Of a stretch of DNA of 64,000 nucleotides, positions 14,653-31,272 are shown in pieces. A program made the translations under genes and the position numbers. Position 1 is the first letter of the stretch, and each line of letters opens with the position of its first letter. The notes below the pieces were generated by a model that searched no databases, was not told the DNA's origin, and was given only the letters and a program-made list of their open reading frames with translations. This DNA comes from the human T2T-CHM13v2.0 reference genome, Homo sapiens: NCBI RefSeq assembly GCF_009914755.1, contig NC_060927.1. The stretch is one strand, 5' to 3'.

Positions 14653-15883
14653 TTAGTTACCTGGATAAAGAAGCCATGAGGAGAAATGTAGCTTATGTTG
14701 TGTTTCCACAAACTACATAAGGAAAACCTTGACTTCCTGTGTCCTGCAGGGGTAGTGCACTTGCCATTAGTCCTTTTAAGTTGCAATTCTTCCCACCAGC
14801 TAAAGAGAAATATATAAATTATTTCTAGCTAGGTGGCAAAACTCCCCCAGCCATCTTGTCAAATGATTGCATGGGTGCAAAGATCTATAAATTCCTCCAT
14901 AGGTTGCATATCCTCACCATTCAGGGAGGCCCCAAGTTGTCAATGAATAGATGGCCAGGCCCAATACTGGACCAGCCAGTGGTGAAAGGGCTGCTGTTTG
15001 GAGAGGTGGAGCTAGTGCTGAGTATAGGAAGACCATGTAGAAATACCAAAGTCAGACCCATTGGAGGTTTGAGCAGATTGTGAGATTTTCAGGTACACCA
15101 GGGAGGCAAGATAGTACATCTCTAGTGCTGGACTTAAACTGAAGGCAGTCCTTCTTTAAATTGTTTTGGTGCCCTCTGGGCATTAAACAGATGCAGTCTT
15201 CCACTTATGGCCAATAGTTAGAGCCACAAAGAGTCTATTTCAAGTTTCAGGAGATGAATGGCATCTCTGCTGCTCTTTGAGAGACTTTAAGGTATTTTTC
15301 CCCTGAATTGTGATTGGGTTCCCAGGCAGGGTTCAGAACATTGTGTTTATTGTCTGCCGTATTATCTTTTAAGCAATGCTGTACTGCCTGATGGTATGGA
15401 AGAGGTAACATAGATGTTTGTAAACATACAGTCATTTGATGGCTAAGGAAGTTTTGCCACCCAGCTAGAAGTAATTTACGTATTGTTAGCTAGAAGAATT
15501 TCAACCTGAAATTGACCCAATTTTTCACTCTTTAAAACAGAGCAGTTGCTAGAATAGTGGGTAGGTTTCTAGATTTAACCTGGTTTATCTTACATTTTAG
15601 TTGGTCAAACCTTAATGGCTTTTTCAAAGACTTAGAGAAAGTTTAAAAGCAATAGTGACTAAATAGATGGTGGAGCAGAAGGGAGCATGGTTTCATCCAC
15701 GAGCCTGAGTTTTCTTTTTGAATTTTCCTCTACTAAATTATATCTTTAGTTTTGGAATCATACGTCACATCAAATTTTAGATTAGAGATGGTAAACTGTT
15801 TGGCCTGTGAGCCAGATACGGCTTGCAGGTATGTATTTTTTGGCCTGCCCTGTATGTTAAATTCTGAATAAAGCCATCATTTA

Positions 15884-16280
<397 letters not shown>

Positions 16281-16351
16281 CTAGAGCCAAGAAGCAAAGT
16301 TTATAGATAATGCACTTGATATAAAATTTAAAGGTATTACGAAATACTCTG

Positions 16352-16654
16352 GGCTGGGCATGGTGGCTCATGCCTCTAATCCTAGCACTTTGGGAGGCCA
16401 AGGCTGGTGGAGTGCCTGAGCTCAGGAGTTTGAGACCAGCCTGGGCAACACGGCGAAACCTCATCTCTACTAAAAATACAAAATCTAGCCCGGTGTGGCA
16501 ATGTGCGCCTGTAGTCCCAGCTACTCTGGGATGAGGCAGGAAAATTGCTTGAACCAGGGAGGCAGAGGTTGCAGTGAGCTGAAATCGCGCGACTGAATTC
16601 CAGCCTGGGCGACAGAGCGAGACTCTGTCTCAGGAAAAAAAAAAAAAAAAAAAA
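16352..16654 (+). mobile_element. Alu (AluS-like)
   Basis: Sense dimer with long A tail. Confidence 0.93.
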
Positions 16655-17329
16655 ATTCTGTGAAAAGGATATCTTCCTTCTATACAGGTCCCTTAGCTCC
16701 TCAGTTCCTTTCCTGGAGACAAACACTGTTGTTACTTTCCTGCCCAGAGATATTCTTTAGGTTATATTCTTTATTTAGATGATGCCCTTTAGTAGGTGAC
16801 CCTTAATAGGTATTTGAGCTTATAACCCGTCTTCAAAAAGGATCATTATTTTTCTTAACTCTGAATAGGACTGTGTTTTAAGATAAGGTTTGAAATATAG
16901 TACTTAGTAGAGGACCTCCTAGCAACAAAAATTACTGTTCTAACTACATCATTTTCTATTACTTTGAAAAATGTGTGTATGCGCATATAAGCAAAATATA
17001 TAAATATATGTTAAAATATATATATACCTTTACGTATATCTGTGTAAAAGTAGTGTTTTGATTTACATACTTGATTCTCAATGCGTTTACAGGTGGTCAG
17101 TAATAAAAACACAGAATTCTGCATTCTACGTAGAAAGGTCTCCACTTATTTATTTTAGCAACACAATCAAGATGCTAAATTAATTCTCATTTTGGGTTAA
17201 CTATTTACATCAATCAACATTGGAATTGCAAACGATTCAACTAGATAATTATATGTGACATTACCATTATATACTTTGTTTATAAAATACGTGTTTAAAA
17301 AATATACTGAACATCTTTTGAAAATCTGA

Positions 17330-17690
17330 TACCAAGCACTGTGCTAGTAACTGAATACAGAAGTTAATGAGACACTGACCCTCAAGGGCTCATAGTCTAG
17401 TGTGAGAAGCTGACATGGAAATAGTGAGCTCTAATGCAATAAAAAATGTTTTAGTCATTTGTATATTAAGTGCTGAGAGAGCAGTTACTTCTGCCTAGGG
17501 GAATAGGATGTCAAGAAAAGCTTCACAGGAAGAGAACAAATATTTCACTTAGTTTTAAAGGATGAGTAGACTATTTTTAAAAATAAAAGTTGGATTTTGG
17601 CAGAGAAAGAGTAGAGAAGGGAAGGGCAAGAAGCCTAGGGCGTTCTAGACTGAATAAAGGTCTCCGAGGCCAAGTCTTTAGTATATTACT
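17330..17690 (-). mobile_element. L2 fragment
   Basis: ccaagcactgtgctag...gaccctcaagggctcatagtctag is typical of antisense L2. Confidence 0.6.
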
Positions 17691-17749
17691 CAAAATCATG
17701 AGTAGTGTGATGTACTTGGAGCCACAGTTACCTGAAGTCAACATAATGT

Positions 17750-18390
<641 letters not shown>

Positions 18391-19149
18391 GTACGCAATT
18401 GTTTTTCATTTAAAGAAAAAGTCTCAATGCTATTACAATTTTCCATATTCTTTGCACCTGTGGTCTGTCTCCCTAAATATAGCCCCTTTATGAAGGAGGA
18501 ATGCAAAGCTGATCCAACTAGAGACTACAAATTCCTTTATATTTATATAGAAAGGGGCACATAGTAATGAATTGGAAGCCATATCCAAGCTAGAATCATC
18601 TAGATTTAGTGAGATTGACTAGTGCAACCCAATTTTTTGCACTCATCCCGTGTCCATCAGGTACCTGGAAATGATTGCAATGATTTTGAACTAGGTTACT
18701 GGTATAATCATACTGCTGTTGAGATTAGCAGGCAAATTACCAAGTTAGTTTTTTATTGGAGGGGGAGAGGTCAATGTGTGAGGGTGCATAGTGGAGACTG
18801 GGGACCAGGCTGACAAAGATGAATTGTTTTAGGTAGTGATGACTTTGAGGTAATGGGATAAGTGAGTGAAAATGACTGGTTGGCGTTGGAGATGGGATGG
18901 AGATGGAGCTTGGAGAAAAAGAATAGCACTAGTAAATGGATTTAGCTAGACAAAGGAGATTTACCCTATTCCATTTAGCACAGTGAGGAGAGGCTAGACA
19001 GCTAGGATGCAATAAAAAAAATTTTAATGAGAAATGTGTGTGGTAGATTAATTTTATTAATCTCAAGTTATAGATTAAAAAATTTAAGTACCACATAAAT
19101 GCCATTTGCCTTTGCTAATGTTACATTTTTATGAAGAAGGAGCCTTGCA

Positions 19150-19346
19150 TAAAGAATGATATAATGGACTTTTGGGACTTGAGGGAGAAGCTTGGGAGGG
19201 GGGGTAAAGGATAAAAGACATATTGGGTGCTGTGTGTACACTGCTTGGGTGACAAGTGGACTAAAATCTCAGAAATCACCACTAAAGAACTTATCTACAT
19301 AACCAAAAATCACCTGTACCCCAGAAACTATTGAAATAAAAAAAAA
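19150..19346 (+). mobile_element. L1PB-type 3' end
   Basis: aaaatctcagaaatcaccactaaagaacttat...ttgaaataaaaaaaa. Confidence 0.8.
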
Positions 19347-19657
19347 GAAGGGGACTTGGACAGATAGCCGTATTCTTTGCCAAATTATAGTTACATTCTG
19401 CTCATGGGGGATTAGGAGGTTCAATGGAAGAAAGGCCCCACTCAGCTTTCTCCCCTCTTAAAATGTTGCCTTGTAAATTAGGGAATTTTGCATAAAGCTC
19501 TGACCTTTACTTCCAAGGCCTTTACTGAGAATGGGTTTGGATACTTGGAGATAGATCCTGACTCCCTATCCCTCCTAGATCTTTATTTATCCTATTTGGA
19601 ACCCAGGGAAATGGCCTTAAAGCTGATGAACCACAGGGTGTCCAAGTCATGGAGCTA

Positions 19658-20005
<348 letters not shown>

Positions 20006-22489
20006 TGCGTTTGTTGAAGAAATGCTCAGTCTAAATCAAACATATGAACACCTTAGCCATGTTCCACAAAAATTTGCTGTGACTTACCTTCTTAGAGTTA
20101 TTTCTCATCCTATGAGTAGAATAAGTATCAGTTCACATGTATTTATTTGTTCCAACTGTGGGTTCAACATCATACTATGAGAAATGCCAAAATATTTTCT
20201 AACTGAATGTAACTAGAGATAAGACTAATTTATAAGAGAGTTAATAGAACAAGCTATATTGGTATATCCCTGAGAAATTCAAATTCCTAAGTCCCTTTAC
20301 CCAATTTCCCTGAAATACTTCATTCCTATTCATGAAAGTTTGCACGTTCCATGATTCCAGGATTAATTTTAGGCTGTTTTACTTCCTTGCCTTGACCATA
20401 TTGTCAGTATTTGATGTTGTACCATGCAGTTATGATTTCAGGGTTGCAATTACAGTGCACCATTAATATAATTTGCATTTTGTCAAGGTTGTGCTAAATA
20501 GAACTTCCTTCCTGCAGATTTGGGGATTAATGAATGATCATCTAAAAAGAAAGCAACAACCATAACATAGGCTATAAAATCATAAACAGACCAGCAGAAA
20601 TGAACAGGGCTGAGCTGATTAATTGGTTATGAATTAAAATGTAGATTGTGATTCATTCACTATAGAACTCAGAATTCTAGAAAATGCCCATTTCTCTCAT
20701 AGCCAAAAAGTCATATGAAAAACATTACGGTCATGTGATATGACTTCATTGGCACAGCAATTTACTATTCAGCAAAGTAAATAACACAATTAACAAGTGT
20801 TTCTGCTGGGCCTTTTGCACTTACACTGAGATTTTGGCCTCTCCCCCACACAGCTGGTTTTGATTTGGTTCCTGTGGAATATTTTTGTTTTGTTTTGTTT
20901 TGCATTTAACAACAGTCAGATATTTATGTACAGCTTCATCAAGAGCCTCTGATGACAAATATGCCTTTGGAGGCCAGCAGAAGCTGTGGGAAACCCCCGT
21001 GTCAGCACTCAGACCTGTTTCCAATGGAGAGAAATCGCTCTGGGGACTGAACTAGCCTGCTCATGAATCCAGTTCCCTTTTCCCAGAGCCTTCTGCTAGC
21101 TCACTTCCAACCCATGCTGGCCATCCTGGGACTGTGCCCTGCCTTGATTTTTCCTTATGAAGCAATCCCTCAAGACACAGCCTTGGCCCTCTCTCCTGAG
21201 TGAGGGAGGAAAGGCAGAAACAGGCAGAAAGCCATTTACTTCTTAGATTGGAAACTAGAGCCTGGTTTTTGAAATAAAGCTTGGCAGTATCTCACTTATA
21301 ACTTACTTTATAAAATGTGTACCTTTTATTTGCTGTCAGAGTTATCTACATGAATTTGAGATGTTTGGATAAATCGTTATTGGGGAAAGTTGCAATTGGA
21401 AAATAGACAATGAAGTCTGGGCAGAGTTCCCCACCCTTCGGAAAAGAGTCTCGGATGGTATAATCCGCTTGGAGAAGTCTAAGGGAGAAAGAAGGGGGGA
21501 AATCATAAATGCTGAAAGCAAAGCAAAGACAGCTAATATTAGGAAACAGAACATGGGAATCCAGTCCTTCTTACATTGTACTCCTGGTTCCGCCAGTGTT
21601 CTCATGAGTGACCTTGGATGAATCCTTCAGTGTCCTGTGCATGCTTCCCCACTTAAAATGAGAGGATTGAATCATGTGAAATTCTTTTTTTAAGCCTCCT
21701 TTCTAGAAAAAAATGAAATGCTTTTCAACTCTAATTTAGTGATTTTGATTCAAATATACCATGTATAACCAAAAAGGAAAAAGATGGATAATTTTTACAT
21801 AAAAGTGTTTAAAAATATATCAAAGTACTTACTTTTTATACATTTTATAAATATTCTTTGGTATCTATTATATCTAGCTACCATTGCCAGAAACAACTTT
21901 TTGCAGATTTTGAGATTTACATCTACTTTGAGCCTTAATAGAACATTGCTTATACTTTGTATTGATGTGTGTCACTGTACGTATAAATCTAAAATGGTGT
22001 AATTCAGCCTAATAACTTACCTCCTTCACCAGACTCGGTGCCACTTTTGACTTCTTTATAAACTCAAATCCACCCTGGCCATAACTGGGTATGTTCACGA
22101 AACATGCTACTCACTACCCCTCAGTACAGCTTCCGAAGATGAGTTCCAAAGCCCTCTTACTTTAATAGCAGCATCCTTAGAATGCTGAATGTGTAATAAC
22201 AGGAGAGTTACTTTAATAATCAGCCATATTACATTAGAATACTCATAAAGTGTATGAGTAACCCGAATCCTGGCCTGGTCAGAAGGTCTGAGTTCATACC
22301 TCAGCTCCCACACATAGCCAAGACTGCCATGTTCCTCTGTGTGGGCCGTGTCAGGCAGGACCGTGTGCAGCAGTCATGTGAGACCTTGGGTTATTTACTT
22401 CATTGACCTTCGTTTCCATCATTTTGTAGGATGTGATTAATAATTCCTACTCCTCACAATTACCATATTAAGTAAGAAGGCACCTTACA

Positions 22490-23775
22490 AAAGAAAAATA
22501 CTGGACTCCATCAAAATTTTAAATTTTGTGCTTCAAAGGACATAAGAATACGAAAAAGTGGGCCACAGTATAAGAGAGAACAGCATTTTGCAAATCATAC
22601 CTGATAAGGGTGTGGTATCTAGAATATAGAGGGAACTCTAAGCTGGGTGTGGTGGCATGTGCCTACAGTCCCAGCTGCTTGGGAGGCTGGGGTGAGTGTA
22701 TCGTTTGAGCCCAGGAGCTGGAGACCAGCCTGGGCAGCACAGTGAGAACCCATCTCTAAAAACAACAACAAAACCCAGAATATATAGGGAACTCTTACAA
22801 CTTAATAATATAAAGATACAGAACTCAATTAAAAATGGGCATTAGATTTAAAACAACATTTCTCCAAAGAAGATATACAGATAATCACATGATAGCATAA
22901 TCAAATAAGATGCCCAACATCAATAGCCATTGGGACAATACAAATTGAAACTACTGTGAGATGGCATTCATACCCAGTAAGATGGCTATAATCAAAATGA
23001 CAACATCCAATGTTTATGAAGATGTAGGGAAATTAGAAGCCTCCTACCTACTAGTGGGAGTGTCAAATTCTGCAGCCACTTTGGAAAACTGTTTAACAGT
23101 TCCTTGAAAAATTAAACATAGAATTACCATGTGACCCAGGGATTGTACCCCTAGATATATACCCAAGGCTACTCTGGACACCCTGCCTATAGGGTAGCCC
23201 TGTTCCACAAGGAGCAGTACCAAAAATTGTATATGTGTGTGTGTGTATAAATATAGCCCAGAGAAATGAAAATGTGCACACAAAAAATGTACACAGTGTT
23301 CCTAACACTATTATTTATTCATAATTGTCAAAAAGTGGAAACAATGCAGATGTTCATTAGCTGATGAATGGATGGATAAAATGTCAGCTATTACGCTGGA
23401 ATAATGGAGTATTCAGCAATAATAAGGAAGTACTAATACATGTTATAGTATGGATGAACATTGAAAATGTTACACTAATTGAAGAAGCCAGTCACAAAAG
23501 GACACATATTGTAGGATCTCATTTATGTGAAATGTCCAGAGTTTTAAAGTCCATATAGTCAAGAAAGTAGATTAATGGTTGTCAGCAGGTGGGGATGGGG
23601 GATTAAGGGAAAATCAGTGGCTACTTAAAATGTTTCCTTTCGAGGTGATGAAATGTTCTAATCTTAGATAGTGATGATGGTTGCACAACGGTGATTATAC
23701 TAAAACCATTGAATTCTATACTCTGAATGGATGAATCATATGGTGTGTGAATTATCAATACAGATGTTTAAAAAG
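22490..23775 (+). mobile_element. L1MB-type ORF2 end and 3'UTR, carrying a FLAM and a small insert
   Basis: aattctgcagccactttggaaaac; gaagccagtcacaaaaggacacatattgta; gatggttgcacaac. Confidence 0.85.
22642..22773 (+). mobile_element. FLAM monomer
   Basis: Alu monomer with TSD AGAATATA(G/T)AGGGAACTCT. Confidence 0.85.
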
Positions 23776-24269
23776 CAAGACAAAAAGTGCCCATAGTTGG
23801 GGCATTTTGTTTCTCCTTCCCTCTCTCCTTTCTCTGGTTCTCTCTGCATGCAATGTTGATTTTCTCTCTGTGACAGGCTGTCGTAGGATGTTAGCTCATT
23901 GTTTTTAGGAATGCGTTTTCTGTAGATTATGACAAGGATCTCTTCCATTTTTATTGTGCCTCAGTTTTCAAAGCCTTAGTCTCTGTGCACCTCCTTTAGC
24001 CTTTTCTTATGCTATGGATAGCCTGTAAACACTGAGGGAAGAGATGGAGGGGCCTACCAACCAAATGCCTCCCCTCTGTGCTTGCTGTGGGGAGAGAAAG
24101 CCACAGTTGGCTCCATCCATAGAAGACATCGCAGATAAAGGGGTTAGGGGAAGATGAGAGCACGTTGCTATCTATTTGTGTAAGTTTAAGCAGGTGTTTA
24201 GAGGATCTAAATCCCAACCTGGATCTGAATTTTTAAAATTTCCCTGTTTACCACAGGATTTTTCCCCCA

Positions 24270-24640
24270 AGATTTTTTAGCTTGAAAATTCCCAAATATA
24301 CCAGAAAGTTGAATGAAAAGTACAGTGAATACCCACATACTCCTACCTGGATCCAACAATTAACATTTTGCCACATGTGGTTTATCTCTCTGTGTACGTG
24401 CATGCACTCCCCCGACGTCTTATCACAGTTCGCATATATACTTGCTCGTTTTCTCTTTTAAACCATTTGAAAGCAAGTTTTATATACAGCGGCACCTCAC
24501 CCCTAAATTTTAGCATGAATCTGCTAAGAATATAGACATTCTCTGATGTAAACAGAGTACCATCATCACAGAACAACAAAGAATAATTCCATAATACCAC
24601 CTAAAATCCAGTACATGTCCGAATTTTCCCAGAAATGTAC
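24270..24640 (-). mobile_element. Old L1 (L1MC/ME) 3' end
   Basis: acaattaacattttgccacat; aaccatttgaaagcaagtt; cacccctaaat. Confidence 0.6.
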
Positions 24641-25099
24641 AGGATTTTAAACTATTGTTTGCTTTTTCCTCAAGCTGGTAATATTATACTTAGAGTTTTT
24701 TCCAATAATACTTAAGCACTGGTCATACATACCAAGTGATATCCACTTAAGCATATCTTTTTAATTCCCTTGACACCCTCACGCTCCTCTCTAAATGGGG
24801 AGACACAATTACCCTATTAGGCAACATGCCCCTGAGGTCCTGCTGCTCCAGCAGGCCTCTTCTAGGTGAGCGTCTTCTCTGGGTGTCACCAGGGCATCCT
24901 GGTCTGATTGAAGCAGCCCTGAGAGCCAACCAGCCCTGAGCAGTGGTTCCCACCCATCCTCCATCCAGGGTCCCCAATGGTGGAGGCTTTTAAGGAGGTA
25001 GGAATGGGACTATGAAGGCTATTTTCAATATTTTGAAAAGTCAAACAGGAGTAAAACATTTAGGACTTGAAAAGATTACATTGACCAACTGAACTATCA

Positions 25100-25382
<283 letters not shown>

Positions 25383-25729
25383 TTATTAAAAAAATTAGGC
25401 AAATTAGTGCATTTGCTGGGTAGGAGAGGTTTTTCAAGATCTAATATGTGAGAGAGAAAGTGAAAACTAAAGGAATTCTTGGAGATCAGGAAGTGGAGAA
25501 TCTCTGGCCTGTGGCGCTGCTGAGCCTAACTTCCTGGCTTCACATCAGCAGTGGAGGCTTCCCTGGGAGGTGTTCTTGCAGTTTGCCCTGTGACCGCTAT
25601 TCTAGGGGCTGTATTTTTACAGCTGACCCTTCTCACTTGCAAACATAACAGCTGCTATGTGTTGAATTTGGGGAGTTTCCATATTTTGAGACTGTAAAAT
25701 TAAATTGATTTTTAGTTCTGAGCTCTTAG

Positions 25730-26095
<366 letters not shown>

Positions 26096-26936
26096 TAGGG
26101 GAGCAGGGAGGGAAGGGAATGTGAAATATCCTAAGGTGTGTGTTTTTTAAAATTAAATATTGTTGATCTTTTATCATGGCTTCTATCAGTCAACAGATAT
26201 TTATTGACCCTTTGCTGAGTTCATGGTGTGGGAGTCAAAGAGGTACAAGCCAGGCTTTTAGGAGGCAGACGCAGTATAGTTGGGGAGATAGGACAGGAAA
26301 GTCACTAGGACTGCAAGGCAGTGGGTGTGCACGTGGTGCAGTAAGTTCTGCAGGGTTTCAGGAACATCAGGAGCAAGAGAGAGCTCCAGGGAAGAGTTAG
26401 GTTTTGAGGTGCGTCTTGAAGGTTGGAGCTCCAAGTGCAGGAGAGAAAAGGCTTTCCAGAAGGGCCTGTGGCATGACCACATCCAAGTCTCTGATGAAGA
26501 GTACCAAGAGAGGTATAGCAACTAATGTTAATTGCGTTATCTGTGATTTTCAGGGCGCTTTTGTACCTGCCCTTTTGATGCCCATAACAATCTTAGGAGG
26601 TGACTATTATCCCATTTTATGGATGAAGTTGTCAAGACTGTAGCTATGCTCAGGATTTATCTACATCTTGAGGTTTACAGTACACTTCATAAGGCTGGAA
26701 TCAGAGAGGAAGAAGTGCATAGGGTGATGCAGAGGCATTCTGCTTTATAGAACATATCTCTACTTTCATATTGAGCAGTTTCCAAAAGCGGTTTTGCTTT
26801 TTGTCTGTGTCCTTACAACTACTTCTCAGATAGCATAGTTTCTTTCACTGTACCATCCTGGGGCCTTACTGTACTTTCTTACTCTTAAACTGGCTTCTAA
26901 TAAAATCCGTGGGAATGAGATTTTACTTGTAGATGA

Positions 26937-27678
<742 letters not shown>

Positions 27679-27929
27679 CCCATTTGCTTTTATTCAGCTA
27701 TCTGGTGAAAAAAATTCAGTATTAAACTAGAAATATTTATATCTTATTGTTGCAGGACAAAGTTGTTGAGTTTCTAATAACAAATATGTAAACTGCTGTG
27801 GGATATTTTTGTTTTGTTATAATTTGCTGCTAGCTTTCAAGCATCTGTGTTTATCCTACCTTAATCCTCTTTGAAAGAGGCCATACTTAATTTTACCCAA
27901 TGCTTTATTAAAAGGAAAGAAAGTTGGAT

Positions 27930-28237
27930 TTTTAAATTTTTTATTTATTAGTTTTTTGAGATGGAGTCTCACTCTGTTGCCCAGGCTGGAGCGCAGTGAC
28001 ATGATCTCAGCTTACTGAAACCTCTGCCTCCAGGTCTAAGAAATTCTCTACCTCAACCTCCCGAATAGCTGGGATTACAGGTGCATGCCACCACACCCAG
28101 TTAATTTTTTTGTATTTTTAGTAGAGACAAGGTTTCAGCATCTTGGCCAGGCTGGTCTTGCACTCGTGACCTCATGATCCACCCACCTCGGCCTCCGAAA
28201 GTGCTGGGATTACAGGCGTGAGTCACCGCAACCAGCC
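27930..28237 (-). mobile_element. Alu (AluS-like)
   Basis: Antisense dimer. Confidence 0.9.
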
Positions 28238-28319
28238 TGCATTATGTTTTAAAGCACCAGTTTGGAACCAATCTTTTAGAGGTAACTGTTACAAGTTTCT
28301 GTACCCAAATATTGGTTAA

Positions 28320-28795
<476 letters not shown>

Positions 28796-29312
28796 ACTCT
28801 TCTCTTTCTTTCAACGGTAACCTGTGGAAATACAATGTTATCATCCAGTACCATGATCGCTAGGCTGAAGTAATAGTAAGCCAAGCTCTCTTCAGCCCTT
28901 AGCAGTGTGGGCCCAGAAACAGGGTGGTCTTATGGAAGGGAGCATAGGATGTGGGTCCTGAAGAGAAGGTGTTCACTCCTGGCCCCATCACTAGTTGCAT
29001 CACTTCATCTTGCCTGGATTTCATCTGTAAAATGGGATAATGCCTACTCCACAAAGTTGATGTGCTTTGAAATCTTTAATACAAACATTTGTTATTGGAA
29101 ACTAAATACAAACGAACCAAATGGAAAACTAGATTTTTTTCATAAAAATGTTTCGGGATATATATCATAGGCCTTTGAACGTAAATATCTTGAACTTTAA
29201 ACAATCATTAGCCATTAAAATTTTAATGTGTATTAAATGGATATTATTAGACTGTCAAAGTGATTAGCAATAGGTGGTTTCATTGTAGAATAACCTATTT
29301 TAAAGTATTTTA

Positions 29313-29434
29313 GGGCCAGGTGCGTGGGATTACATGCCTGTAATCTCAGCACTTTGGGAGTCTGAGGTGGGAGGATTGTGTGAGACTAGAAGTTGAAGAC
29401 CAGCTTGGGCAGCATAGTGAGACTCCATCTCTAC

Positions 29435-29476
<42 letters not shown>

Positions 29477-29650
29477 AGCCAGGTTTGGTGGCACATGCCT
29501 GTAGTCCCAGCTACTTGGGAGGCTGAGATGGGAAGATTGCTAGAGCCCAGGAGTTCGAGGCTGCATTGAGCTAAGATTGTGCCACTTCACTCCAGCCTGG
29601 GCCACAAAGCAAGACCTTGGCTGTACAACAAACAAAACAAAAGGAAAAAC
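29313..29650 (+). mobile_element. AluJ-like with expanded central A-tract
   Basis: Sense dimer; linker is A39 (29436-29474). Confidence 0.9.
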
Positions 29651-30091
29651 AACTATTTGATTTTAGTCAGGGTGTAAGAATATGTATTATTGTTCCCAAA
29701 AAAATCTGTGTAAAAACTTCATAGTGTGAAACAGTGGCAACTGCTTGATTAAAACATCATTTAGAAAAGACACTCTTCCCTGTTTTGAAATTGACTCCTC
29801 AAAAGGACAGCTGAACATGGCCTCTTCTCCAGGTGTCGCCATGCACTCCCTCTGGGCCACCATACACACTTCTGTGTGGGGCGTGCTCCCACCTCCAGCC
29901 TGCTCAGCTGATCTTTTGTTCAGCAATGCCTGTCTACTTCCCCATGAGATCCACCTGGCACTCCTACTAGTCTTAAACCATTATCTCCCTTGAAAAATGA
30001 GTTCTGGCTCACTCCTTACTACTAAGGCTGAGGGGCAAAGGAGATTATATAAATGAAAGCACCATGCATGTTTGAGGTGGTTTCCTTTTCT

Positions 30092-30407
30092 TCGTTGTTG
30101 TTTTTTGAGACAGGGTCTCACCTTGTCACCCAGGCTGGAGTGCAGTGGCACAATCTTGGCTCACTGCAGCCTCAACCTTCCAAGCTCAAGTGATCCTCCC
30201 AACCTCATCCTCCTGAGTAGCTGGGGCCACAGGCATGTGTCACTATGTCTGGCTAATTTTTTGTATCTTAGTAGAGACAGGGTTTTGCCATGTTGCCCAG
30301 GCTGGTCTTGAACTCCTGGGCTCAAATGATCCACCTGCCTCAGCCTCCCAAAGTGTTGGGATTACAGGCCTGAGTGGGATTACAGGTCTGAGTCACTGCA
30401 CCTGGCC
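30092..30407 (-). mobile_element. AluJ-like
   Basis: Antisense dimer with an internal 18-bp tandem duplication at 30358-30393. Confidence 0.9.
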
Positions 30408-31272
30408 GAGGAGGTTTGTATTATTACTTGTGAATGGAGGAATAACTTGAGCTTTAGAAAAGTTAAAGTGACAAAGATCAAGAAAATTTCCCCCCCTGCT
30501 TTTTTCTCTTATATTTTAATATTTCCAAATGAGCTATAACATATGCAGAAAAAAGCTTAAAACATTTTATATAGAGAACAAGTATGAATTAAACACCCAG
30601 GTCAAAAAATACTCTCGTTGCCCTTCACCCATCTCATATTTTACTTTCTGACCACAGGCCTAGAAGTAACTAGTAACTAGAAACAGTAAACTTTTCCTGT
30701 ACAACTTCAGTCTGGTATATGGGTCTTAAACAATATAATTCTATTTGCCTGACTTTGAATTTTTCAAACAGAATTATGCTATAATATGTAGATTCTTTCG
30801 TGTCTTGTTTTGCCCAATATTGTAAAGGTTACCCATTTGCTGTGCGGCTAAAGTTCATTTTCGTTGCTATGTAGTGTTTCATAATTGGATATATTGAAAT
30901 TTCTCCTCTACGGTAGCATTTCTAGTCTCAGATTATAATGAAGTGTGCTGTTTGGAGCATTCTGGTATATATCTCCTGGGGTTCATGTGCAGCATTTCTC
31001 TGGGTGTTTCTCAACCTTCTTTTCATTATCACTCCTCCTAGGGGGATAATTTAATGCCAACAGTTTAGAATTTAATTAATACTAAAGAATAGGGTTTGTC
31101 AGATAGGGCTGAGCTTTGGAGAGCCACTAAACACTGTCATATCTAAGATTTCTTTTGCCTGCCAAAGACCAATTTTTGCTCCTTTGGGGGTGATATCACC
31201 CTCTTTGTGAAGGCATACTGTAAGTTATTTATCTCATACTAGAATTGTTGGGTCGTAGAAAATATGCCTCTT

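Noticed and set aside
30358-30393. 18-bp tandem duplication in an Alu
   Set aside because: Local slippage with no evident function.
31005-31220. Possible hAT-Charlie fragment
   Set aside because: Termini are suggestive, but I cannot assign family or boundaries confidently.
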